Shown here piece by piece: positions 1-9,073 of a stretch of DNA of 64,000 nucleotides. The notes below the pieces were generated by a model that was not told the origin of the DNA, made no database searches, and worked only from the letters and a program-made list of their open reading frames with translations. Where the stretch lies: IMG/VR virus record IMGVR_UViG_648276631_000006, positions 1,610 through 65,609 of that record; one strand, 5' to 3'. The position numbers were made by a program, and so were the translations under genes. Within the stretch, counting starts at the first letter, position 1, and each line of letters opens with the position of its first letter. The stretch is from a virus.

Positions 1-787
1 CCAGGTTGTCCTTTGCCTCCTGCAGATCGCGCATGTCGATTACGTCGCGCAAATGGCGTATCGCGGAACCGATGACATAGGTCGATGCGCCGGGCGGCAA
101 ACCGAGAACCTCGATTAGCTCGGCATTCTTTGCATTGACCTCGACCATCATTTCTTCTTTGCGAGCAGTCAGGCGGGCTACTTCACCGTCGGCCATAAGG
201 CGGGCACGCTCCACGCGCTCCCTGTATTCCTCTGGTTTAGCTATCAGCGCGGCCAGTTCTTCGCCCATGCGCTTGCGTGCAATCTTTTCCAGCTTGTAGG
301 CGCTCGGTGCTGCCCGGGGTGCCTTGGGCTCGCCGTTGAACCCTATGGGGTGCAGATCCATCAACAGGCGCAACCATGCATCGCGCGGCAGGGTGTCCAT
401 CGCCTGCGGCTTCGGCTTTCGCACTGAACGCCAGCCCTTGGCACTACGAACAGTCAACCCGGTGCCGTCAGGCAATTCGCTGGGCTTGATCATTCCTTCG
501 GGGACAGCGAACCAGACCGCATGCGAATGGTCTAGGTATTTGCGCCACTTCCCGCTTGTTACGTCGCTCAGAAAATCAGAGCGCGAAACCTTGATTTCGT
601 AAGTGTCAGCGCGGAAATTCGCGAAAGACTTCATGACCGTGAAAACATCGGGCCGGCCGCCGTGGTACTGCCCCATGGTGATGTTCTGGAACACCATCCG
701 GTCGGTGTTGCCGCGCAGGTGCGACTCAAGGTCATTACAGAGGCCTTGGTGTGTCCACTCGGAAAGCAGTGCGCTCTCTTTACTCAT
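1..787 (-). CDS. MmcB-like PD-(D/E)XK nuclease, runs off the window start (not in the ORF track)
   Basis: Own translation from ATG 787 (RBS GGAG): MSKESALL...RPDVFTV...YEIKVSRSDFLSDVTSGKWRKYL...WFAVPEG. Confidence 0.7.
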   Translation of the reverse strand, partial: MSKESALLSEWTHQGLCNDLESHLRGNTDRMVFQNITMGQYHGGRPDVFTVMKSFANFRADTYEIKVSRSDFLSDVTSGKWRKYLDHSHAVWFAVPEGMIKPSELPDGTGLTVRSAKGWRSVRKPKPQAMDTLPRDAWLRLLMDLHPIGFNGEPKAPRAAPSAYKLEKIARKRMGEELAALIAKPEEYRERVERARLMADGEVARLTARKEEMMVEVNAKNAELIEVLGLPPGASTYVIGSAIRHLRDVIDMRDLQEAKDNL

Positions 788-889
788 GCACTTCTCCAAA
801 AAAGAACCCCGCTCAGTGGCGGGGCTCGGGGTGGTTGATTGGTTCGCGCCATCTGTCGCGCTTGTCGCCTCGGTCGCGGGCTCGCTTGC

Positions 890-1279
890 TCATTTGCTGA
901 CCTTTATGCAGTGACAAAAGCATCCTCGTGACATGCACTCTGGCCGCTGGCAGTCTCTTGATTGAGGATTGCGCTCCTGCCTTGGTCCAGTTGCCGCTAC
1001 GGCGAGCATGGCGTCTAGCATTCGCTGCGGGAGCCCGTCAAGGCCATTTGCGCGGTGCAGAACCTTCACGGCGGCCCTGTGCATTTCTTCCGTGACCGTC
1101 CACGCCCGCGACGTCTGGGCGCGCTGGGTGAGCGAATATTGCAGCGGGATAACGTCTTTGACCGTCTTGCATGCTGGGCAGACATGGCAGTATCCCTTTC
1201 CTGGCGGGATGTAGAGGCCAGTCGGCGGGTTGTGCTCCGGATGGATGCATGTTTTGTCTGAGGGAAGGTCGAAGAACAT
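890..1279 (-). CDS. Phage hypothetical protein, Cys-rich
   Basis: ORF with CxxC motifs, coupled to the upstream ORF. Confidence 0.6.
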   Translation of the reverse strand: MFFDLPSDKTCIHPEHNPPTGLYIPPGKGYCHVCPACKTVKDVIPLQYSLTQRAQTSRAWTVTEEMHRAAVKVLHRANGLDGLPQRMLDAMLAVAATGPRQERNPQSRDCQRPECMSRGCFCHCIKVSK

Positions 1280-1437
1280 TACTCGCCCTCCTGTGTCTGC
1301 TGGGTTGCCAGCGGATCGCCGCCATCGCCTTCACTCGAAACTGCAACCCAGCCGCAGTTTTGGCAGTTATTGCCACCAAGTGAACCGAGGTAAGAGCCGC
1401 AATCTGGGTTCTGGCAGTAGAGATATAGCCCGCTCAT
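1279..1437 (-). CDS. Small zinc-ribbon-like phage protein (MSGLYLYCQNPDCG...CQNCG)
   Basis: ATG overlaps the stop of 1434..2132; two Cys pairs. Confidence 0.5.
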   Translation of the reverse strand: MSGLYLYCQNPDCGSYLGSLGGNNCQNCGWVAVSSEGDGGDPLATQQTQEGE

Positions 1438-2132
1438 GCGGCACCTCCCTGCTGGGCTACCTGGGTGGCCCCTTGCGCCCACCAGTCGCGCGATGGCTTT
1501 TCGGCGTTATCCGCTTCAATTGCAACCATGAGCGCGACCAGAGCCATGCGAGTGCGGCTTGATTGGCCGCCGCCGCCACCGCCCGGATTACAGAACTCAA
1601 TGCTTCCGCCGCCGTTCTCGTCCCAGACGGATACAAACACATCGTTGTCAGAGTCGAACCCCACTCGGATGTGAGCGGCAGGGCTCATGTCTCCGATGCG
1701 GCCAACGTCGCGCGCCTTGGGCCATGTGATTCCCGCATCCCGCGCGTCTGCCTGCGCCTTGGGTGCTGCTGGCGAGAGAGCAAGTACCGCTTTCCAGATC
1801 CTGCGCGGTGCGTCAGTCTGGATTTCGATCTGATCGCGGCGGTTCACATAAATGTCGATGCCGTCCATGAGCAGATCCATGAACTCGCGCTTCATTTCGG
1901 GCGTCAAATCCACCGGCACCAGCTTCCAGCCATCAGGCACTGCCACGGCTGCGGGCGCTGCCTGGGCAGGGGCTGCTTCGATGGCCTGCGCGCGATCTGC
2001 GCTTTCCATGCTTTGCCTGGTGGGATGGCCTTGCTCGCCATCAATAAGCTGCCCGTGAAGCCACGATTTCCCACGCGGCGCGATGTTGAGCTCTGTGGGA
2101 ATGGGGGCGTGGTTAGAAGTCTTGTCTTGCAT
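1434..2132 (-). CDS. Phage hypothetical protein
   Basis: RBS GGAG; VPDGWKLVP motif typical of phage early proteins. Confidence 0.7.
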   Translation of the reverse strand: MQDKTSNHAPIPTELNIAPRGKSWLHGQLIDGEQGHPTRQSMESADRAQAIEAAPAQAAPAAVAVPDGWKLVPVDLTPEMKREFMDLLMDGIDIYVNRRDQIEIQTDAPRRIWKAVLALSPAAPKAQADARDAGITWPKARDVGRIGDMSPAAHIRVGFDSDNDVFVSVWDENGGGSIEFCNPGGGGGGQSSRTRMALVALMVAIEADNAEKPSRDWWAQGATQVAQQGGAA

Positions 2133-2201
2133 ATAGGTGGCTCCCAGAATGAGAAAAGCCCGCGGCTGCGGGCTGGGGTGTTGGTGGTCAGGACATGCAG
2201 C

Positions 2202-2487
2202 TCATGCCCGCTTCGATGAAGATGCGCGCCTGTTCCGCGTTGATGGCATTGCCGTAGGCGCGCAGGCGTCCCACTCTGGCGGGAGCCCCATGAGCCAACG
2301 GGAATGTGCCGGGTTCAACTGGCCGCCACTTTCCATCTCGGCACAGGAGCCAGTCAGCAGCTGACCAGAGGCCGTTAGTCGGGCTGGGCCCGGTGCTAGG
2401 TGAAGCGCTTGATCCGCCAAGCTGATCTGCGGATCGGTTGGCTTGCGGTTTCCAAGCACTGGTGGCCGAGCCTTGGCTTGCGTCATG
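2202..2487 (-). pseudogene. C-terminal remnant of a phage C5 DNA cytosine methyltransferase
   Basis: [18 protein letters not shown] terminal motif present; the N-terminal catalytic motifs are absent. Confidence 0.6.
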
Positions 2488-2633
2488 GTGCTGTCTCGTT
2501 GTAGTACGCCGGTTTCATGGCTCCAGAAAGCAAAAAGCCCGCTCACAGGGGCGGGCGGTGATTCATTGATGCAGACAGAAAGCCCAATTCATGAAGATCT
2601 ATGAATAGGCTTGCAGCTGCTGGCGCTGGACGC

Positions 2634-3827
2634 CTAGGTGGTCGGCTCCCAGAGGGTGCGCTTGCCGCTGGCATCCATGCGCGACACTAGCCCCTCGGCC
2701 TGCATGCGCTCCAGCAGCGCAGCTGCGCGGTTGTAGCCAATCAATAGCTTGCGCTGCAAGTACGAGATGCTGGGTTTCCGGTCCTTGCGTACCAACTCCA
2801 CAGCTTCGGCATAAATAGGATCCGGGCCGTCGCCAGCTGCTTCGCAGTGCGGGGCGGGTGCGGCCCTGACAGTGCGAGCAGGCGGGGCTTCCGCAGCGGG
2901 CGCGTTCTGAAGCGATGCAGGCAGTCCGTCGCCCAGCGCGGTGCGGCCTTCTCCGCCCAGGGCTTCGATCAGATCCGGAATCAGGCGCGACAGCTCGCCG
3001 GTGGCAATGGCCACATCGGTATCAAAGCCGCCGTCATCCTTGCTGTTGCCGTGCATGACCGCATCCAGAAGGGTGATGTTCTTGATCTGCAGGCCTTCGG
3101 TCAGCACGAAGCTCACTCGGTCGTCCCAAGTCATCGCCAGCTTGGTGGGTAGCTTGCCGTGCTCGATGTGCTGGCGGACTTCATCAATATCCAGTGGGTG
3201 GCGGGCATAGCGCACGACAGCCTTGGATTCATCAGCAGCTTTCAGCTCCGTTTCGCGGTCGGCGCTGAAGCCGGCGGGTGGCTCCTGCGTCATCAGCCAA
3301 TGTGCCATGGCTGCCTGTGGGCTGGTCTGTGTGTCCAGCAGAGCCAGGGCGAAGCCGGGCAGGCCTTCGACCAGCAGCGTGACCACCTCGTCGGCGCGGC
3401 CCTGGGCGCTGGTATCGAGCACCAGCGTGCGTGCCTGCGCATCGATCCAGACCCACATGCTGCCTTGCTTGGTGAAGGCCATGGGCAGCAGGTCCAGCTT
3501 GGCCTCGTCCTTGAGCTCGCGCTTTTCCTTCTTGCCTGGCTTGCGTCCCTCGGTCTTCTCAATGTGCTCGGCCTTCTCGTTGACCTTGCGATTGAGCACG
3601 CTGGCCGGCAGCACCTTGGCCTCGGTCATGAAGCGCATCACCCACTGACCGGCCACGGACTCGACCAGCGGGCCGTGCTTCTCGCCGCGCGGCGGAACCC
3701 AGCCCACGGAGCGCTCCTGTGTGGCGCCGCACTCCTCGAAAACTGTCTTTTGCAGGGCATCTGCCAGCAACTGCAGATCGCCCTGCCAGCTCTCAGCAAT
3801 GCGGTAAATAATCATGCTCTTAAACAT
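2634..3827 (-). CDS. rdgC: Recombination-associated protein RdgC fused to a C-terminal FtsK-gamma winged helix
   Basis: MFKSMIIYR...SVGWVPPRG...LPASV...KLAMTWDDRVSFVL; C-terminal DPIYAEAV...SISYLQRKLLIGYNRAAALLERM. Confidence 0.9.
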   Translation of the reverse strand: MFKSMIIYRIAESWQGDLQLLADALQKTVFEECGATQERSVGWVPPRGEKHGPLVESVAGQWVMRFMTEAKVLPASVLNRKVNEKAEHIEKTEGRKPGKKEKRELKDEAKLDLLPMAFTKQGSMWVWIDAQARTLVLDTSAQGRADEVVTLLVEGLPGFALALLDTQTSPQAAMAHWLMTQEPPAGFSADRETELKAADESKAVVRYARHPLDIDEVRQHIEHGKLPTKLAMTWDDRVSFVLTEGLQIKNITLLDAVMHGNSKDDGGFDTDVAIATGELSRLIPDLIEALGGEGRTALGDGLPASLQNAPAAEAPPARTVRAAPAPHCEAAGDGPDPIYAEAVELVRKDRKPSISYLQRKLLIGYNRAAALLERMQAEGLVSRMDASGKRTLWEPTT

Positions 3828-3975
3828 TGAGGCTCCAAAAGAAATAGCCCGCTTATGGCGGGCAATGGTTTTCCACTATGAATTGAAATAATCCGACCTG
3901 CTAGGCTTTAGAGAATGTCTTGGGTGCTATCAAAATAAGATAGTTAAATCGCGTTTTAGTGAAGCGTTGCAAGCC

Positions 3976-4407
3976 ATGAGAACTAAAGCTATTGCGGTTG
4001 GCGTCGCAGCAATTTGCGCTTCGTCATTTGCTTTGGAGTGCTTTGGGCAAAAATCCAATGGTGTCGCTGATGAAGTCAACAAAGCAGCCTCGGAGTCTTT
4101 GAAGACTTATCGACTACATGGACTAGCCGGGTTGAAAGAGTCAGTGGCTGAATGCTGGCTACAGCCGCGTGATTTCTGCCTCTACTTGGACGTGGCAGCA
4201 CAGCGCATTGCAGCGACTAGAGCCCGCAGAGATACTGCTCTTGACAAGTATTTCTTCGCATCAGCATCGCTGGAGCGTGCTCATGCATGGCTATCGCCGA
4301 ATGCTCGCGGCCCTGTGTCCAATATCCAGTACCTCTATGCCGTAGAGCAAATAATGGACAGCATCTTGAGCGCCCAGCAGGAAAAGGTGATCTACAGCGG
4401 TCAATAA
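3976..4407 (+). CDS. Secreted hypothetical protein (moron, opposite strand)
   Basis: Signal-peptide-like N-terminus; AT-rich upstream region. Confidence 0.6.
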   Translation: MRTKAIAVGVAAICASSFALECFGQKSNGVADEVNKAASESLKTYRLHGLAGLKESVAECWLQPRDFCLYLDVAAQRIAATRARRDTALDKYFFASASLERAHAWLSPNARGPVSNIQYLYAVEQIMDSILSAQQEKVIYSGQ

Positions 4408-4721
4408 CTCTCGGCAGAAGCCTACTTCAAACGCTGCATGGCCTTTTCACCCAACCACTCGGCATGCCGAGGGAGAGGTGCTGCCAGCCGCGCACGAGGA
4501 ATTCGCGGTTGGCTTTGCGGGAGTTCTTTTCATTGAGCCACTCTCTAGCTGTCGGCAGTGCCGTGAACGATCATGCTCTTGAGCATCGGGCCTCCATCAA
4601 CAAAATAGCCCGCACTCATGCGAGCTGTCAGATGAACTAGTTAGTCAAGAAGCTGTCCAACAAGAACTCACTCTGACTCTGGAGTGAGTAGCCTAGAGGC
4701 TTCACTTTCTTTGGGGGTGCC

Positions 4722-4937
4722 ATGAAAGTGCTTCTTGTGATTTCCATCCTCGCCAGTGCGCTTACTGGCTGTGCAGTGATACCGAGGCCTGAATTTGTCT
4801 CGATGGCTGATCAGCGATCTAGTTGTGCAATGGGATCAATGAACATGGGAGGGGACATTGGTCGATGGATGTATGGCCCTGATAGGCAGCCATGGACAGG
4901 TGGAGATGGTCCATTCTTTGTTCGCAGCAACATATAG
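4722..4937 (+). CDS. Small lipoprotein (moron)
   Basis: Lipobox LTGC after a hydrophobic stretch. Confidence 0.6.
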   Translation: MKVLLVISILASALTGCAVIPRPEFVSMADQRSSCAMGSMNMGGDIGRWMYGPDRQPWTGGDGPFFVRSNI

Positions 4938-5057
4938 CGCGGATTGATTCCTGTCCGAATCAAGCAGAACGAATGAGACATGCATCGTCATGCAGGTGGT
5001 TTCTTGCTGGCCGAATCCTTCTATGCAGCGCTGCGCCAGGGCGCGCGACTCATTTGC

Positions 5058-5372
5058 TTATGGCTCCTCTCTAACGCACTTCACGATACTCTCACTGACC
5101 CAAATAGCTTTCATCCCAGGACACTGCCAGGCACTAACGGCTGCCTTTTTGAAGGACGCAGCAGCTTTGTCGAGTCCCGTTCCTGATTCAGCTTTGCAGC
5201 CTGCCAAAACTAAGCAGGCCGCAAGGATCGCTAGGCAGCTCAGTAGGAAGCCTCGAGCGAGGGCTAGGTTGCGCTTCCTGCTTCGCCTCGACGGTAAGTG
5301 CTCAAGCTGGATTGGTGGCTTGGTCATAAGCCTTTGTCTCTTTTTAATTGGAGTGAACTCAATCGCATTCAT
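5058..5372 (-). CDS. Small membrane/lipoprotein with a CPGM motif (paralog of 5552..5749)
   Basis: Hydrophobic segment, LAGC, C-terminal CPGMKAIWVSESIVKCVREEP. Confidence 0.6.
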   Translation of the reverse strand: MNAIEFTPIKKRQRLMTKPPIQLEHLPSRRSRKRNLALARGFLLSCLAILAACLVLAGCKAESGTGLDKAAASFKKAAVSAWQCPGMKAIWVSESIVKCVREEP

Positions 5373-5551
5373 TGCACACCTTGAGGCCTACCGCTCGCTA
5401 GTGGACGGCTGTAGTGCAGGTTCTCAGACAAGGGGTTGAAAAATTGGGTTTGAATCAAGCTATTGCGCCGAATGCTTCAATGGCTATTGTCTATATTTTG
5501 GGTCGATGAAGAAGTAAGCACCTTCTTTGGTGAGGTCTTGTGGATGTCAAA

Positions 5552-5749
5552 TTACGGGCTTTCCTTCAAACATTGCACAGTCTTGGCGTCCAGCCATTCG
5601 GCGTGCATGCCTGGGCAGGCGAATTCATCGCGCAGGCTCCGGGTAATACTTTGGGGTTCATCGGCTTGGGCATCAGGCGCGGCCAACCATGCCGCGAGAA
5701 GTAGGGCGCCAACTATGACAAGCACAGAATCAACAATCGTCTTCAGCAT
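5552..5749 (-). CDS. Small membrane protein with a CPGM motif
   Basis: RBS AAGGAG; TM segment; CPGMHAEWLDAKTVQCLKESP. Confidence 0.7.
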   Translation of the reverse strand: MLKTIVDSVLVIVGALLLAAWLAAPDAQADEPQSITRSLRDEFACPGMHAEWLDAKTVQCLKESP

Positions 5750-5781
5750 GAGGATCTCCTTGTAGCTTCAAAGCTGAATGC

Positions 5782-5919
5782 TCAGAGGGGCCAGGCTTCT
5801 GGCGTGAGTGCGATCACCACGGCCGCGCCGACGAGGCAGAAGAGGCCGAAGACGGTGAGGCCCCATTGGGCGGCGAGCAGCAGCATTGTCGTCGGGGTAT
5901 TAGTTCGTGATGAGTGCAT
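5782..5919 (-). CDS. 45-aa single-TM protein
   Basis: Own translation MHSSRTNTPTTMLLLAAQWGLTVFGLFCLVGAAVVIALTPEAWPL; RBS AGGAG. Confidence 0.6.
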   Translation of the reverse strand: MHSSRTNTPTTMLLLAAQWGLTVFGLFCLVGAAVVIALTPEAWPL

Positions 5920-5931
5920 GGAGTCTCCTGA

Positions 5932-6060
5932 GGGCAAAAAAAAAGCCCGCGAGCAGTTGCTGCGGGCTTGAAGAAAAAGCCGGTGACCTTTCGGGTCTGC
6001 GTGGGGAATGGTTCAGAGATGGTGGGAAGAAATAAGCCCCATGCGCGGCTGGAAACTAGA
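5932..6060 (-). repeat. Element A copy 1 (GAAA hairpin plus intrinsic terminator)
   Basis: Near-identical to 9074..9203; diverged copy at 6935..7025. Confidence 0.9.
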
Positions 6061-6086
6061 ATGGGTCAACAGACTGGAGGTGCTTC

Positions 6087-6347
6087 ATGACCCAGGAGGA
6101 ATCTGGCGCATTCGCTGCGTTGTCCATGATCTTAACGGCAGTCGTCAAGGTGCTTCCACCAGAGACTGCGCATCAGGTGGCGAGAGAGCTGCGCGCTGCA
6201 CAGCTGGATGCCAAGCATCAGGACGGGCCTGATAGAACGGACCCTGAATTCAGGCTCGGCCGCGATCACTTGGTGAATGTGTATCGCGAGCTTCTCAATA
6301 ACGTGGCCGAGGGCAACGTCTACCTTGTCGGTGGTGTGAAGAAGTAA
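6087..6347 (+). CDS. Hypothetical protein inserted between the B and A elements
   Basis: RBS GGAGG; 86-aa ORF. Confidence 0.6.
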   Translation: MTQEESGAFAALSMILTAVVKVLPPETAHQVARELRAAQLDAKHQDGPDRTDPEFRLGRDHLVNVYRELLNNVAEGNVYLVGGVKK

Positions 6348-6356
6348 ATCTGACTT

Positions 6357-6380
6357 GCTATCTGGCGTGACCACTGTCGC
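6357..6380 (-). repeat. Element B partial copy (3' arm of the outer stem only)
   Basis: atctggcgtgaccactgtcgc is identical to the copies at 7121 and 9279. Confidence 0.85.
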
Positions 6381-6382
6381 AT

Positions 6383-6691
6383 CTAGCGGCACGAGACATT
6401 GCGCCAGGTGAATTTGCCGTCGTTGAAGAACTCAGTCCATACCGACATGATGGGCGCCTGGCGGTACGAGAACGTAATCTGGTTAGGAATCTTTGGCCCT
6501 AATGCAGCCAACTGGCCGTTCTTGTCGAAGACTTTGACGATGTAAAGCGTGACGCCTCCGTCCTCATCGGTGTTCAGGACTACGCGGTAGTCCTTGGTGA
6601 AGAGATCCCAGTCAAAATGTTTCGTCACATATGTATGCATGCGTACATAGGCGCGGTTTGCGTGCTTGGCAGCAGGATTAACTTGCTTCAT
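6383..6691 (-). CDS. Hypothetical protein
   Basis: RBS GGGAG; stop codon abuts the partial B element. Confidence 0.65.
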   Translation of the reverse strand: MKQVNPAAKHANRAYVRMHTYVTKHFDWDLFTKDYRVVLNTDEDGGVTLYIVKVFDKNGQLAALGPKIPNQITFSYRQAPIMSVWTEFFNDGKFTWRNVSCR

Positions 6692-6934
6692 GAGGACACT
6701 CCCTACATCTCAGAGACTGGCCGCAGAACCTGCGAGCTGACGTTTCTTTGTGAGTCCGTCTTGTTGTAACTGGCGGATGTAAGTAGGTATGTAGGAGCTT
6801 ACAGATTAAGCGATTGGATACCTTTGATTCAACTTGTGATATCTGTGGAACCTCAAACGGTGCACCCTCCCTTCGCGGCTGTTATCTTTCTTTGATGAGG
6901 TTGCCAAGCTAAATGCTGCGTGACTGAGTGTCTC

Positions 6935-7025
6935 AAAAAGAAAAGCCCGCGAGCAGGTGCTGCGGGCTTTGAATAGAGGGCCGATGACCTTTCGAGTCAT
7001 GCCTAGGGAAAGATTGAGGGGGGGC
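6935..7025 (-). repeat. Element A copy 2 (diverged)
   Basis: aaaagcccgcgagcaggtgctgcgggcttt...tgacctttcgagtca. Confidence 0.85.
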
Positions 7026-7118
7026 CTAGGCTCGGCGTAACAGGTGGATTGCGTCGAATTCTGCATGACGCTTTTGGGGCAAACAAGACGAGCTCGACTT
7101 ACACCAAAGAGGGTAGAA

Positions 7119-7229
7119 CCATCTGGCGTGACCACTGTCGCCACGACGCAAAGCGCCGAGTTCGTGACTGCCGCCAGCCCAGGCCCATTCCTGAGCTGCC
7201 GTACCTGCTCGAGCAGTCACGCCGGATGG
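7119..7229 (-). ncRNA. Element B copy 1, putative structured RNA
   Basis: Long closing stem, internal hairpins, conserved AGCAGGUACG junction. Confidence 0.7.
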
Positions 7230-7539
7230 ACCTGAACTCAGGATAAAAAAAGCCACCTTGTGGGTGGCGCAAGAGGCTCCACCTACGTCCTAATAGCTGG
7301 GCCCAACGCGAATGCTACTGGAATCGCGTCACTAGCAGCAGACTGTTGCTGCGTAATTCATTACGAGGTGTACGGACACGCAAATTCCCCTCACTGTTGT
7401 GGATCCTTTAGAGCCCAGCGGGTCGGCACATACATGAGCTTGCTGGCAGTTCATCGTGCAAGCGCATCAGTCTGGAGCAGTCCGCCTAGAAGGCAGCATG
7501 CTAAAGAAATCGAAGACGTTTGGTTCAGCGGTGTGTTGG

Positions 7540-7953
7540 CTAGTCTTCGACGTTGCATATTTCGACGCACAGACGAACTTTGTGGCCGATGTTCGCACCA
7601 CGTATGTCCCAAATAAAGTGAAGCACATCCTTTACACGTAGGAACTGTCCTGTCTGGGGCTCAGGGTGCCATCTGGCATTTCTAAATCCATTCCAACTCA
7701 TCTTGTCTCCGATGGTGAAGGGTTGAAATGGTGTTGATGACTCAAGGTGGACGACCGGCTCGCTCTTAATTGAGTCCTGTGAAATTTCGAGGTGATAGGT
7801 AATGGGGCGTACCAGCATCTTTGCCTCAGCTTGGCTTGAAGTTCTCTCCCACGTAAGCTTGCTCTTCGAGCATTTGCATGCATAGAGTGCTTTCATTGAT
7901 TTTTGCTTGAAGCACTCAGCGCCAATTCCACAAATTACACGTGAAGCATTCAT
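7540..7953 (-). CDS. Hypothetical protein (lower-GC cassette between B copies; start uncertain)
   Basis: ORF track; flanked by B elements. Confidence 0.5.
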   Translation of the reverse strand: MNASRVICGIGAECFKQKSMKALYACKCSKSKLTWERTSSQAEAKMLVRPITYHLEISQDSIKSEPVVHLESSTPFQPFTIGDKMSWNGFRNARWHPEPQTGQFLRVKDVLHFIWDIRGANIGHKVRLCVEICNVED

Positions 7954-7984
7954 GCGTCATGCTTAGGTTTAGGAGAGCTGCTGA

Positions 7985-8082
7985 GCCATCTGGCGTGACC
8001 ACTCTCGCCAAGTTCGTGATTGCCGTCAGCCCAGGCATATTCCTGAACTGTCGTACCTGCTTGAGTGATCACGCCGGATGGC
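7985..8082 (-). ncRNA. Element B copy 2, putative structured RNA
   Basis: Same outer stem with pairing-preserving substitutions (GAUCACUC/GAGUGGUC). Confidence 0.7.
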
Positions 8083-8177
8083 CTTCTTGGGAGGCCAGAG
8101 GATAGAAACTGCACACTAATTCGTTCAAAAGGCCGGTAACCCTGCTAGCAGGTGTTAAGGCTGGTTTTTTGGCATCG

Positions 8178-8699
8178 CTAAAGCAATGTGGGAGGCTCAA
8201 CATAGCTGCAGAGAGCGTGCTTCTTGATATCAAGTGCAGGAGAGCAGCTCGTCTGCCATAGAGATTGCCCGCGGCAGGTCTTGATCAAGTTTTTTACTTT
8301 GGCAACTTCATCTTCGTTTTCGAGCCTGTCCTCTATAAAGTTCTTGAAGTCCTTGTCCTGAAGCATTTCCACAAGGCTTGTGGTGTGCGTGTTGAGTTCA
8401 TAGACAAATGGTTTCTTGCCTGGATAGGACGCTAACTCACCTTGACGAAAGCCCACAAATCCGCAGACAGCATCGCCGTTCTTGCTCAACTTCACGTCTT
8501 TGAACTCGGCATGCTCAGGGAAGGCAAGCAGCCGCCTGGCAGCTCGCCTGGCCTCAAGTTTGTGGCTCTCCTCATTCGTACAGGAAACAAGGATGAAGCC
8601 TGAAATGGCGATCGATATGCTGATAGACAGCGTTGATGGACGCATAGCTATTTCAGTATTGATTTGGCTAAGCCGGGACTGCGCAACGGTCGCAGACAC
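8178..8699 (-). CDS. Putative lipoprotein (probable start near MRPSTL)
   Basis: Hydrophobic stretch plus LVSC lipobox; VCGFVG motif. Confidence 0.6.
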   Translation of the reverse strand: MSATVAQSRLSQINTEIAMRPSTLSISISIAISGFILVSCTNEESHKLEARRAARRLLAFPEHAEFKDVKLSKNGDAVCGFVGFRQGELASYPGKKPFVYELNTHTTSLVEMLQDKDFKNFIEDRLENEDEVAKVKNLIKTCRGQSLWQTSCSPALDIKKHALCSYVEPPTLL

Positions 8700-8749
8700 G
8701 ATTGCTAGTTGGCGTTGGCTGTTGGATGAATAGCTAGATCAAACCGAAC

Positions 8750-8878
8750 TCAAGCGGCTTTCACGGATATCGCGGTGGCGCTTGGGAAGCGTTGCAAGGC
8801 ATCTTCAAGTGCGGCGCATGTGCTTGGGAATAGGGCTGTGTAGCAGGCTCCTGCTACTTTGATGATGCATCGCTTCAA
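8750..8878 (-). CDS. Small phage hypothetical protein (TTG start)
   Basis: RBS AAGGAG before TTG; YTALFPSTCAALEDAL. Confidence 0.55.
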   Translation of the reverse strand: MKRCIIKVAGACYTALFPSTCAALEDALQRFPSATAISVKAA

Positions 8879-9073
8879 TGAAATCTCCTTGAGTCTGTTC
8901 AGTTCATATGAGGTTATCGGTTGATATGTATCAAACTGAAACACAAAAAGTGCAGTAGCTCAGATTGACCCAACGATTGGCTGGATGCGTTCGGCGCTGA
9001 CAGCCTGGGAGAAGATGCTGGGCAAGTCCAAATCGATCTTGATTTCCATGGGAACTCCTGTGGAGGGTGGTTT

